DNA of 64,000 nt, taken from assembly GCA_000934665.2 (NCBI GenBank), contig KZ538089.1, positions 62,001 through 126,000 on the forward strand, read 5' to 3'. Made by a program: the position numbers and the translations under genes. Under the pieces are notes generated by a model, which had not been told where the DNA came from, did not search any database, and saw nothing but the letters and a program-made list of their open reading frames with translations. Below, piece by piece: positions 40,501 to 51,774 of the stretch (positions within the stretch are counted from its first letter, which is position 1; the number at the start of each line of letters is the position of its first letter). Origin of the DNA: Catajapyx aquilonaris (taxonomy: Eukaryota).

Positions 40501-43500
40501 TGCGTTAGCCTGCAGCCTACTGCATTTTAATGGGCTTCCAGGCTCTTCCCCGCGGACTCTGCTGTGTCTAACCACAACCAAATTGGACCGTTTCGAAACA
40601 AATCTCCCTCGTCTTCCCNCCCACCCCATTCAAAACAGATATTCTATTCATAATCGAATTAACCTGCAGGATGATTCACCACTATAGGTTATATGCGCGC
40701 TTATTTATTATTGAGAATAAACCAACTGCATTTGGCTGCTTAGCATAACGCATCGAGGCCACTCGAGTCGTTTTGCACAGCACAATACTTTATAGATGCG
40801 ATTTTCTCTTCGACTAGCTCATAACGCAGTTCAAAAAGTACATTATCCGCCGATTTGAGTTAATATTTTACTGAATATGACTGAAAATGCTTCAAGAATT
40901 GATTGAGTTGTCTGGAGGGGAAACTTGTACTCATATATCAGTTGGTGCAGTTTCCCATGTGCGGAATGAGTCAAAATATAATAGGCTACATTAATATTAT
41001 TGAGTGTAAGATGTGAGCCCTACGGAGGTTAGCAATTTTTTCCCATGCAGCTGAGCACAAAATCCAGCCATCAATATGCTGATATTGCAGCGATCACTCG
41101 TAGTGCGTAAATAAGAAACCAGCAAACCACGTGGTCTGTGTTCGGGTAGTCTTTTGAGGATCGGTGCAAGATAAGCCTCCCTCATATATGTTGGATGGTC
41201 ATACCCCATGCGGGTTATTCCGTTGGCCGTGCGCTGTAATATATGCAGCAGCCGGGGCAGCAGTAATGTGCAAGCTGAGCAGAAGCTCTCCGTTGGCCCC
41301 GAAATTTATGGCGGCATTTATACACCGGCCATACGTGAAGGTGGCGGTGGCCAATCGGACCCTCGCTTTTTTGATCTATGTCTTAATAAGGCCCCGGTGG
41401 TTTATGCCCCTCTTGGGGATTCAGCTCGCAGCAGCACGTATCATGCCTCTTCTTCTCCATCCTTTTCCTCTCTCTGATGATGATGGGGAGGCCATTTTTG
41501 GCCTCCAGCTTAGTCGTGGCAGCAGAAGGTATTTTGGCGATTCGCAGCGGGTACTCTCCCCTTGACCCCAGGTCAAACCCTGCAGATCAGGTGCATACCA
41601 AAGCGGTGTCTTTGATACTCTGTTTAATATTGAGGGGGCCCTAAGCAGGAAAGGTGTCGAGGGGAAAAAATATATAAATTTAGTGCGTAACTACCTTTCG
41701 ACTGGAATCCAAATTGAAGAAGGAAGTCCTTTCTCCACCTGTGGGCCCTCCTAGAGTGTCCCCCTAAGAGGTGATTTAGGAACAAGGGGAAAAGGTCACG
41801 CTCGTGTTCACGCATCGGCTTCCAATCGCGACGGGAATTACAAACCGATCCAGTCCGTGCTGGAGAAGGGAAAAAAATACAGGGTGTTTCTCAAAGAACG
41901 CGCTCACGTCGGCCAGTTGGTTGTGTTTCCTCCAAGCCCATTTTGACGCTCCCTGGCAGCATCGGCCATCGGGGCGAGGTAGGTGTATCGATTCGTGGCT
42001 CATAGCCCCGGCTTATTGATTGATCGATGCAACCGAATTACCGGTTTAGATCACCTGCCCCCCCCCCNGGACCTAATGCACTCCGGAGTTGCCACGTTCC
42101 CAGAACTAATCGAGGGGGGAACAAAAGAGGTGTCTCCCCCCTCTTATATTCCACAGTTTTTTTGCTGCCACCACCTGTCACACCTCGCAAATAAACATGT
42201 TTATCACAACTTCGTAAAATTTTCCAGAACCGCCCTGGGACACTAAATTTTCTTTTTATGTGCCCGTAAAAATCCGTCTAGGGGCTTTAATTTTCCCCGG
42301 GACGACGAAATTGCATAGATTTTGCACGTGTATATATAGCTGTGGCATCCTGATGGTATGCACTTCCTGTTTGTGCGAGGCTTGACGTCACCTATACCCT
42401 GGCCGTGACATGTCACCGGGCGTCTGGCCTGGTGATTTGATCGGATTTGGGAGGCTGCTTGTACCCATCTTGATTCACAGCCGTGATAAAAATCCCCCGG
42501 AGGAGGAAAGGAATAACCCAAGCCAGAGCAGAGCGAGCGTCGTAAATAATTGGGCGTCATAAACGTTGCCCGGTTATTACGGTTCTAAAGCCCCATTTTA
42601 TGAGGAGCTTAAATATTGCACATATTCTCCGCCCCCGTCTCTTCACCCGAGGTCATTTTCTCCTGGCTCAGCAGCTCAAATGCAAGGGACCATCGCGGCC
42701 CTAATCGTTTCTAATCGTCCATCCAGCCCTGATTTACTGCCGACCGGCTTCCTGAGACTATATAAGTGCTCTCAGTACAGGGCCGGTCAACGCGCTAGGA
42801 AATCATATAGTCATCTTTGCAAGGATTTCCACATGTTTACTGCAGTTGTGACAACGTGAAGGGGGGCAAGGACCGTTTCATCATCGCTTAAGCAATTTTC
42901 GTAAATTGTACATCCTGGCTGGATGCAACAAGGGTCGCCCCCTTTTGAGACACCCTGTGTCCAGCTTCTTCCACCCAAAAGGAGCCGTCAGTCTAGTTTT
43001 TTTTTTAAGTTTAAAAAATCCTGTCCCATCAGTGCAGCCAATGCAGGGGATAAGGCCGGCCCCAATTTGTCGTCCGTCGTAATAGTCGGCAGAAGTAGCC
43101 ATAACTCAAATCTGAGCGAGTTGCACGTACCTGTAATTGCGGCTGATAATCCCGTGGCCCGGTGACGCTAATTGGCTCTTGTCTAAGAAGCGGCAGCCTT
43201 TATTTTTCTTCGTAACATGTGCAGGCTAAATGTCATCGCCCAACGACCCCAGAAGCCCTATTGATATACCCTCAGAGCGGATGTCCCCCATGCCAAGAAA
43301 CCCATTTAAATATTAATTCCCGGAATCTTGTTGCTTTTAAAAAAATCCGTCTCACATTTTGGGGTCTGCTCCTTGGAAGGATAAAAAAAACCAACGAAAG
43401 AGTCTGACGTCCTGTGTTGCGAAATTGAATTATTCCCGCGACAGAGGAGAATTATGGAAGCGGTGGGGGGTAGTGGAAGAGGCCGGGGATGACCTGGGAG

Positions 43501-46500
43501 TGTAATTTAGGGTGGTTAAATATGCATGACCCTTCCTTCTTCTTCTTCTTTCTTCTTTCTTGTTGTTTTTCCAACCACGGCCGTGTCTCGGGGAAGGGGA
43601 GTCGTAATTAGGCGGCCTTGCTCTCTCACGTTGCTTTGGCTTGGCTTGGCGAGGCAGGCCCCCAAACTGTGCAGTCCATCCATGCACCCACCGGTCAGAC
43701 CCATGCTGAGAGAAATCTCTTGCCCAGCTCCTTACTGGAAAATTGCTTCACGATCCCTGGGCCGCTGAGGAGCAAGAATCCCCCTGCTCAAGATGATGAT
43801 GATGATCGAGTCGGGCCCAACAACCCTTCTAAAGTGGTGAAGGGGCGGTCTTCCTCTGGTGTGACATTCATTGGCAAAAACAACAAACAATCCAGGCTCG
43901 TTTACACAAGGTGAAGACCCGCGGCGGTTTGAATTATGAGATTGCATTAGAATGCTGTTTGCTTTGCATAGTCCATTTGCCACGCTGGCGACATCAATCT
44001 CTCCAGCAGGCTGCCTCCGAAGGAGGGTTTTTTAAAAGCGTCACTTTAGGCGGTGTAATGTGCCCAAGTTCACGGTTATTGAAGAGGAATACATTGTCGA
44101 CCACCGTTACTATTTATAACTGATATTAAAATAACTTGGTTGTATGACCGAGGCTTCTGATTTGTACACCGTATGTTGTTTGCGAGACGCTTCCGATTGG
44201 CGATCGTTCTGCGTCTGCGCAATGGGGGGAGGCAGCGCCTCCGGTGGATGAAACCAGTGTTTGTTAAAAAAAAGAGAATAGGCCTAGAAAATCAGCAGAC
44301 TATTTTTGGTTGGAGAGACTGCAGAGCTGGGCTGGGAAAGGATTCGCTGCGGGGGGAGTACCTATATACCATGAGAGAGAGCCTTCCTTGGTTGCTTGGG
44401 GTCGAGAGAGGAAGGAAATAAATGGCGGGGATGTCGGTAGGGGTTAGCAAGCGATAAAGGCAGGTTTAAAGACCAACTGCGGGGTCTGAATGGATGGTGG
44501 GAACCGTAATGAGCCATCCCCAGGATTAAGCAGGCGCGATGCTGCTGAGAGAACTGTCCCCCTGGAATTAAGTGGACCTCTCGCTATATCTAGTATAGAG
44601 TCAGTCCCCCTGTAACCCCGCTGCATGGGGGCAGAGAGTGCTGTGTGTGTATATATACCCAACAAACCAACCAAGCACCATCCTCGGCTCATTTGCCACC
44701 ACTTGGCACACAAATCACCACCGGACCAGCGAGTGTCCCCCTCACGCTGTTTGTCAAATGGAGTGTGAATATCTGCGTTTGCCCATCACATCAATCCTGC
44801 CTCACAATCTTAGCACCTGTGGATTGTGTCCCGTTCCCATGCATGCACGCACGTGATTTTAGGAATCCGACTCCGCACACCACCACCAGACATCCCCGAT
44901 CATAAATTGCGAGCTCTTTCCTTCTGCATTTTTGTCTCGGAAAATTATCTCGATGCAAGTAATCCTCGAGGCGCGAAGTCGCATATCGGCTATGTGCTAG
45001 ATCCGGTTGAATATTCATTTGGGTCGCATGGCCAATATGTGATTGAATGTTTTGTGACTCCAAATGCAGCACGTGGCATGGTTAGAAGCAACCTGTTGTG
45101 GGTCAGCGGGAGGGTCGCTTTATTTATCCCGGTGCATCAGTGCCAAGCAAGGCAAAACCCAGGGGCTGTCCGTCTCTTTACGAGACACTTGAGTCACGGC
45201 GACAGCTCCAAATTACCCGGCCATGCAACTTGTCCAGGGTCTCATTAATACTTCTCTCCCTTCTTCTCCCTTTTAGTCACTTTTTCGGCCATGAAACGGC
45301 CTCTTGGCTCGTGTATAACATTCCCTCATCCCCTCTTGTCTGATCATTTCTTCTTTTTTTTCCCCTCCCTCCCCAGTCGGACATTGTCCATCAGTCGGTG
45401 TACGAGCTGGTCCACTCGGAGGACCGGGAGGAGCTCCAGAGGCAGCTGATATGGAACTCGTTCCTGCCTCCAGAGTCCGCCAACATCACCCTCCAAGAGG
45501 TCCTGCAACCAAACAACTGCCATCTCCTGGAAAGGAGCTTCACCGTCCGTTTCCGATGTCTTCTCGACAACACCTCTGGATTCCTGGTCAGTTTTGCTCG
45601 ATTGTTCCTATACTATGTATAAGTACGGGGGGCACCAAATCTGATGAAGCACAAACCCGACCTGTGCACTTGCCACAATTGCAAACATTGGCCCACCCTG
45701 TGAAGGTGCATTTGGCGTAATTGCTCATTGTTCCTGCATAAGCTGAAATATGCATACCGAGTTGACTTTGTGTATGCTTGATAGCGATGCTAAAATATGG
45801 GGATCAATATAGTCAGTGTATAGCTAGCTGCCTAATGTTAACAGACTGGGGGGGGTTATCTTGATGGCTCGTCCAAGAGCGAAGGATATGGCCAGCAGGG
45901 GGATATAGGTGGAATAAGGGAATGAGAGAGAGAGAAAAAAAACTTCACTCTTCCGGCGGAAAATTTGCTGTTTTATTTATCGAGCCTGGGCCCTAAGTAA
46001 TTAAGTGAATAATGCATTGCTGGTATGGAAATGGAGGCTAGTCACACATCATCCTGTCTGCTGCCCCGGCCCTTTGGACATGATGCCTAATTATTCATCA
46101 CGACGAGTTGGCCGCACTTTTCCACACACACACACACACACACCCATCCAGCCATTAGAATCAGGAAACTTTGGAAGGGAAAAAAAGGCCAATCCTCTTT
46201 TCTTCATTTGAAAAAAGTCCCACCAGTACAGTTGTTTTTCCTACAAAAAGCGAATAAATCATTCACAGGGGGCGGGTCATTAAATGTTGAAGTTCCAGGA
46301 CCTGCAATAAAAGGTCATATCCGACTTTTTGGAGAGTGTGCTTCTTTCGGAAGTTGTTTTTCTTTCTTTCTCTCTGACCCCCCTCCACCTCCTTTTCCTT
46401 TTATACCTTGTATTCTGTGAAGCATCGATTTTTTGGTAGGAGGGGGGGGCTTTACCGTCCCCTTGATCCCCCGTGTGACGTATGACATCAGTAGCAAAGG

Positions 46501-49500
46501 TTTTATTTATGACTCATTTTCCTCTCTTGTAATTTCCGCTGTTCCCTCTGTTCAGAAGCGGAAGCGGGATTGTCATTAATCATGCGGGCGTCACTTTGAA
46601 TTGGGGAGGGCAGGGGGGGGGCATATAAGGTGCTCTGGAAGGGCGCTTCTTTTAGCTCCTGCTGCTGGTCACCAAGTCAACCTGGATTTTTACACGATGA
46701 ATAATTACACCCGATTTGTCCAATTATTGCAGAGACTGGACATCCGAGGCAGAATCAAGGTCCTCCATGGACAGAACAGGAAGACGGAGGATCCTCCCCT
46801 GGCCCTCTTCGCCCTCTGCACCCCCTTCGGACCCCCTTCTCTTCTCGAGATCCCGCAGAAAGAGGTCATGTTCAAGAGCAAGCACAAGCTCGACCTCAGC
46901 CTCGTCTCCATGGACCAAAGGTATATAGAATGATCGAGTATAACACTGCTGCATCCCCCTTGGAATATTCATCAAGAAAAAGTTTAGGCCAATCGCATAA
47001 CTGGAAGATTGCTGATGGTTGCATATCGTCAGGATACTTTTGGCCTAAACTTTTTCAGCCACAGCACACTGATGGACTTCTCTCGGATTGTTGGGAGTAA
47101 ACAGTGGACTTGAGCACAGTACAGTAATATTATAACATGTGTACAGTTACTCTTGTCAGCAGCAGGAAGTGAAGGTCGTGTTGCTGGGAAGACGGAATGA
47201 TGGGCCTGTTGGTTGGGGGAAAAGGCAGCAGCAGCAGTCAGACAAAGAAATGTCAAGTGGTGGGTGGGTGGTTTTCCACACAATTTTCTTCAAAGCCCGC
47301 TGCAGATTACAGGTTGCTTATGTCGGGCCAAACGAGAGAAGGACATCCAACCCGGGCCAACATGCTGCGTGTGTATACCTGCAGGGGCCAAAGCTGGGGC
47401 CCGGTATAATAATTGGGCAAACCCACCCTCCCTTGGCTCCAATCATTATTGTGTCGGTGGTGTTTTGTGGGGATGGGTAGTTATGCAATTAACATTGGAC
47501 TCCTTTTAAATTGCACTTCCGTCCGTCACAACGAGAAGGGCCGACACGTTGATGACCCTAAGCGATGACCCCCACTATATAGTATATAAAACCCCCCCTC
47601 CTGGTCGCAGGTTCTGGCTGCTATTATTATTGTTGTTGTTTGGTATCGTCCTGCAGGGGGAAGATGCTCCTCGGCTACTCCGACGCTGAACTGGCCAACA
47701 TGGGTGGTTATGATCTAGTCCACTACGATGACCTCGCCTATGTGGCCAGTGCGCACCAAGAATGTAAGTGTCTGCCTGTCTCATTATTTTTGTTGCCACG
47801 TTGCGAACGATCCGTCGACTGACCGCCCCGTCATTGTTGCAGTGCTGAAAACTGGTGCTTCGGGTATGATCGCCTACCGCATGCAGACGAAGGAGAGCCA
47901 GTGGCAGTGGCTCCAGACCAGCTCCAGACTGGTCTACAAGAACTCCAAGCCGGACTTTATCATCAGCACGCACCGACCACTCATGTGAGTACATTTCCCC
48001 ACGCAACACCCTTTGTTTGCTATGGACGACATCTGACTGATGCCGCTGCTCTTTGATTGTTATAGGGAGGAGGAAGGTCGCGACCTTCTGGGCAAGAGGA
48101 CGATGGACTTCAAGGTGAGCTACCTGGACGCGGGGCTGACCAACTCATACTTTGCGGACTCGGAGGCTGCGGCGCCGTCGCAGAGGATGAACCGCCGGTA
48201 CAAGACGCAGCTCCGGGACTTCCTCTCCACCTGTCGAACCAAGCGGAAACTGGGCTCCGAGTACCTGAACGACCCGGGGTACGCGGCGGCGGCCAACTTC
48301 AACAACGTGTACGCCACGGCCGCGGCGGCCGCGGCCTACCCGCCGGACAACGGGCTGTACAGCATGCAGCAGAACCTGCAGAACTTCCAGAACCTGTACC
48401 CGACCATCGACAACCGCTTCCTTTCCACCGACAACCTGTTCCAGACCTACCGGCCCCTGGGCACCTACTACACCGACTACGCGACTGCGGCGGCGGCGGC
48501 GCACCACTCTCCCTACAGCAACCTGGGCAACGGCTTCTTGGACGTCAGTCCGCGCACCACCTGTCCGCTGCCCACCTACGACACGGCGGCTGCCGCTGCG
48601 GCTGCGGCTGCGGCGGCTCAGCTGACCTCCGCGACGAAGACGCCGGAGAACAAGCTGTACCCGTGTCAGCTGGACCCAACCGGGGTGGCGTCGCCGGGAG
48701 GGGGAACCGGCGCCAAAGTGTACTCCAACGACCGGGGGAAGTTGGGCTCGTGTGCGGACTACATGGTCGGGGTGAGTTGCGACAAGAAGATGGAGATGGT
48801 GCAGCAGCAGCAGCAGCAGCATCCGCACCAACAGCACCAGCAACATCAGCAGCAACAGCAGCAACACCACCAGCAACAGCAGCAACAACACCAGCAGCAT
48901 ATGCAGCACCAGCAGCACCAGCAGCACTTGCAGCATCACCACCAGCAGCAGCAGCAGCAGCACCACCACCAGGCCGCGAACGGGCTGACAAAAGTGGAGG
49001 ACCACCACCACCACCACCAGTCGATGTACGCGAGCAACGACACGAGACAGACGGTGTTGATGTGGGGCAGCGGCAGGAGCGGCAGCGGCGGCAGCGGCGG
49101 CAACGGGTCTCCGTCGCCGACGCCGCCCAACGCCAACAGCCTCCACCACGTGAGCTACGTGGACTCTGGCGGCGGCGGCGGCGGTGGCGGCAGCAGTGGA
49201 AGCCCCGGGACGCCGACCACCGCCGCCGCCGCCATCATCACCAGCAGCAGCAACGGGAACAGCAACAGCAACAGCAGCACCAACGGCAACAGCAACGGGA
49301 ACAGTGCGTCCACAGCGACGACAACCAACAACAACAGCAAGAGTCATAATAGCAAAGGAAGTGGCGGTGGTGGTGGGGGTGGTGGTGGTGGTGCGGTGAC
49401 GGTGGTGACGACGCCCAACACCTCCTCGTACGGAGACCCGCTCAAGTCCCTGGTGGAGATGAACTCTCTGACGTCCTCGTCGTCTTCTGCGGCTGTGGCG

Positions 49501-49686
49501 GCCGCGGTGGCAGCCTGCAAGTGGGACCCCAGTTCCGTGACCCTGGCCAAACCAATCTCTTCCCCCAACGCCACTAGCACTAGTCCCAACAAGTCGAGTG
49601 GCTACGTCCCTTACAGTGAGAACGGGAGCGAGGTATGGCACCATCAGTACTACTCTTACCCTCCGTACCACCACACGCCTCAGTGA
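7537..49686 (+). CDS. ss: spineless / aryl hydrocarbon receptor (bHLH-PAS transcription factor), 5'-partial. join(7537..7727,34787..34896,39796..39885,45377..45586,46733..46920,47657..47763,47843..47984,48066..49686); 885 complete sense codons in the window
   Basis: All exons have AG/GT boundaries with matching phases and give one continuous frame. It contains the AhR/Ss bHLH ([46 protein letters not shown]), PAS-A ([40 protein letters not shown]), PAS-B/PAC ([51 protein letters not shown]) and a Q-rich C-terminus. Confidence 0.96.
13582..13785. mobile_element. MITE-like non-autonomous DNA element (204 bp) with TAGAGAG...CTCTCTA termini
   Basis: 31-bp TIRs with 6 mismatches (TAGAGAGCCTCGAGGAAGAGAGTCGCCGACT vs reverse complement TAGAGAGACTATAGGACGAGAGTAGCCAACT); direct repeat GCAGT on both flanks (13577-13581, 13786-13790); internal palindrome at about 13684-13751. 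Confidence 0.75.
20943..20976. repeat. (TTCG)n microsatellite
   Basis: ttcgtttcgttcgttcgttcg... read directly. Confidence 0.9.
28906..28930. repeat. (GA)n microsatellite
   Basis: Read directly from the sequence. Confidence 0.9.
34787..34896 (+). CDS. ss: ss/AhR exon, bHLH-PAS linker (this frame is not in the ORF track)
   Basis: ttgcag| acceptor, CAG|gttagt donor; phase 1 matches the previous exon; [37 protein letters not shown], where LxDGxMFLQ is the motif preceding PAS-A. Confidence 0.93.
37493..37531. repeat. (GA)n microsatellite
   Basis: Read directly from the sequence. Confidence 0.95.
39796..39885 (+). CDS. ss: ss/AhR exon, PAS-A N-terminal part (not in the ORF track)
   Basis: tttttctag| acceptor, CAG|gtgag donor; [30 protein letters not shown]. 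Confidence 0.96.
45377..45586 (+). CDS. ss: ss/AhR exon, PAS-A
   Basis: Long pyrimidine tract and ccccag| acceptor, CTG|gtcagt donor; [50 protein letters not shown]. Confidence 0.96.
46733..46920 (+). CDS. ss: ss/AhR exon, end of PAS-A to start of PAS-B
   Basis: ttgcag| acceptor, AG|gtatat donor; [63 protein letters not shown]. Confidence 0.96.
47657..47763 (+). CDS. ss: ss/AhR exon, PAS-B
   Basis: ctgcag| acceptor, T|gtaagt donor; [35 protein letters not shown]. Confidence 0.96.
47843..47984 (+). CDS. ss: ss/AhR exon, PAS-B/PAC
   Basis: ttgcag| acceptor, AT|gtgagt donor; [48 protein letters not shown]. Confidence 0.96.
48066..49686 (+). CDS. ss: ss/AhR large C-terminal exon (low-complexity Q/H/A/G/S/N-rich putative transactivation region)
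   Basis: ttatag| acceptor in phase 2; begins [24 protein letters not shown]; strong C/G third-position bias; open to TGA at 49684-49686; internal candidate donors at 49633 and 49683. Confidence 0.92.
48802..48972 (+). repeat. Coding CAG/CAA/CAC repeat (57-aa polyQ/H tract of Ss/AhR)
   Basis: Translates as [23 protein letters not shown]...HHHQ. Confidence 0.95.
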
Positions 49687-49893
49687 GTGCCCGTTTTATT
49701 TTTTCTCACCTTTTTCCTTTTTTACCCCTTTCTCTCTCTCTGTGCCTCTCTCTCTATATAACTATCTCTATCTATCTCTTTCTCTATATCTATACAGTAT
49801 ATGCCTTGGTCGCACGATTGCCTGCACTGATGCTGAACTCTATACCGCTTCGCATGTCTCTCTCTCCAGCTCTGCATGTGTTCAATGAGAGTA

Positions 49894-50068
49894 CACTGTA
49901 AACCGAAAAACATTAAAAAGAGCATCACTAGTGATGGAGCATCAATTTGTAATGCTCTTGTGATGCTTTTTTTTGTTGCTAAAATGCATTAGAAGCGCAT
50001 TAAAAATTGATGTTCCATTGGGAGACTCACTATATAGATGCGCTTTTCATGTTTTGCGGTTTACAGTG
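49894..50068. mobile_element. MITE-like non-autonomous DNA element (175 bp) with CACTGTAAACCG termini
   Basis: Imperfect TIRs of about 33 bp (CACTGTAAACCGAAAAACATTAAAAAGAGCATC / GATGCGCTTTTCATGTTTTGCGGTTTACAGTG), flanked by TA on both sides, plus a second internal inverted pair. Confidence 0.8.
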
Positions 50069-50480
50069 TACATATTGGAGGCATGAAGTTGCGGACACTG
50101 GAATATTTTTTTCAATAGATTGTGCCCATAGTTGGCGGAGTGATGTCCGTGACTTGATGTCCCCGAGAGTGCCTTTCGCATGCCCAGTTGTTGTTATTAA
50201 TAATGAATGAACTCTGATTGAAGAAAAGCGGCTTCACATGCAATGAGCTGTCAATATTCGCAAATTGAAGGGGGGTGGTTTTGCATTTTGGGCAAATTTT
50301 ATTGCGCAGGTAAGGTGCACATTTACTGCTGTGCACGCGTACACTTGTTAGTATACGCGTCCTTTTCTTTTTTGGCATTTACAGATTCCTCGAGCTAACA
50401 TTAGCACGGTCCGAAAATGCAACCCACATAAATTTCTCGCGTTGAGAGATGGAGGGGGTGGGGGTGGGGGTGGGGGGGGG

Positions 50481-50530
50481 NNNNNNNNNNNNNNNNNNNN
50501 NNNNNNNNNNNNNNNNNNNNNNNNNNNNNN
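50481..50530. other. Assembly gap (50 N) next to a G-run tract
   Basis: N run preceded by GGGGGTGGGGGTGGGGGTGGGGGGGGG. Confidence 0.99.
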
Positions 50531-50943
50531 CCCTCTCGAACAATTTTTTGGGGGAAAAAAGGAGCGGAAAAATCGTCACTTGTCAGAGATGTCAATGGGA
50601 CCGAACTGTATTGAATGGGATTTTTTTTCTTCTCCCCCCCTGACAGATATAGTTGGGGGGTCCAGCCAAGTTTTGCGTGATTCCTGACCCGATGTCCACC
50701 GGATGACCCATCCAATTGAATGGGGCGATGTGCAATTACGCGTATGGGAGTGGTGCATATAATAATATAATGAGTCGGACGTAAGGATACTGATTTGTAT
50801 GAGGCAGTCTTCCGGGTTTGGGGTCTCGGCGTCGGCAATCACTGCTAGGAAAGAAAAAAATATATAATAAACCAACGTGTGATTTGAGGCCTCCTCGGCC
50901 TTTTGCGTGTCGAGGCCAATGCGTCATTTTTTTACCATTTTTT

Positions 50944-50944
<1 letters not shown>

Positions 50945-50990
<46 letters not shown>

Positions 50991-51013
50991 CTCTACCTCT
51001 CTCTCTCTCTCTC
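50945..51013. repeat. (GA)22 followed immediately by a (CT)n run
   Basis: GA run at 50945-50988, CT run to about 51013. Confidence 0.9.
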
Positions 51014-51774
51014 CCTGAAGCCGTGACACATCTATACCGTTCAGATTGCAGATCGGGGTTTTGGGGCACGAGAGGCCGGATCCACATCCAGCACGAGATT
51101 TTTTCGAGAAAGGAAATGTGGCATGAGGCCCTGCACAATCACGAACTACTATTAGCCAGGGCAAAAGGAGGAGGGGAAAGGGGGGGGGAGGGAGGGGGTG
51201 GTAACTATCGCGATAGGTCTCTTCGTAGGCAGATGACAATCTCAACCTCTGCTATATTATGGAGCTGGATTTGGACGGGCAGGGGTTTTAAAAAAAAATT
51301 GCATTTACCTTTTCTAGAACCTCGAGCTTAAAGGTCGCCCCCCATCTGATGCATTAAGGGGGTGGGAGGGGGGTGGGAGTTTAATTTATTATTGCTGTTA
51401 ATCCTGCAGGCCATGAAGGCAGCAAATGATTCAGCCGAGTATCAGGATTGAGATATGAGAGTGGTGTACTGGCAAATGTGCCATTACTGACATTTGCGTA
51501 ACTCTTGCATTACCAACATTGTGTATGTAATGAAACCTAATGCTGGTAGACGCTTTTCTATAGCATGTTCTTAAACATTAATGAGTAGCGTATGGAATCA
51601 ATCCATATGTTGCATAACAGTGTGTGAGTATGCCTACTTCGGGCTGTGTATTGTAGTTATTTGGTGGTGTTGAGTTGTTTTATAACGATGTTGCACATGA
51701 TTATTCATAATATTTATACTACAAAGTGTAAGTCGTGCGTGCGTGTGTTTCATGATGGAACTTCTTGCTTACAG

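Noticed and set aside
48145..49674. 509-aa - strand ORF, plus the other overlapping ORFs in 48.1-49.7 kb
   Set aside because: Antisense or alternative-frame shadows of the GC3-rich, triplet-repeat ss/AhR exon. The products are V/L/R/A low-complexity sequence with no domain.
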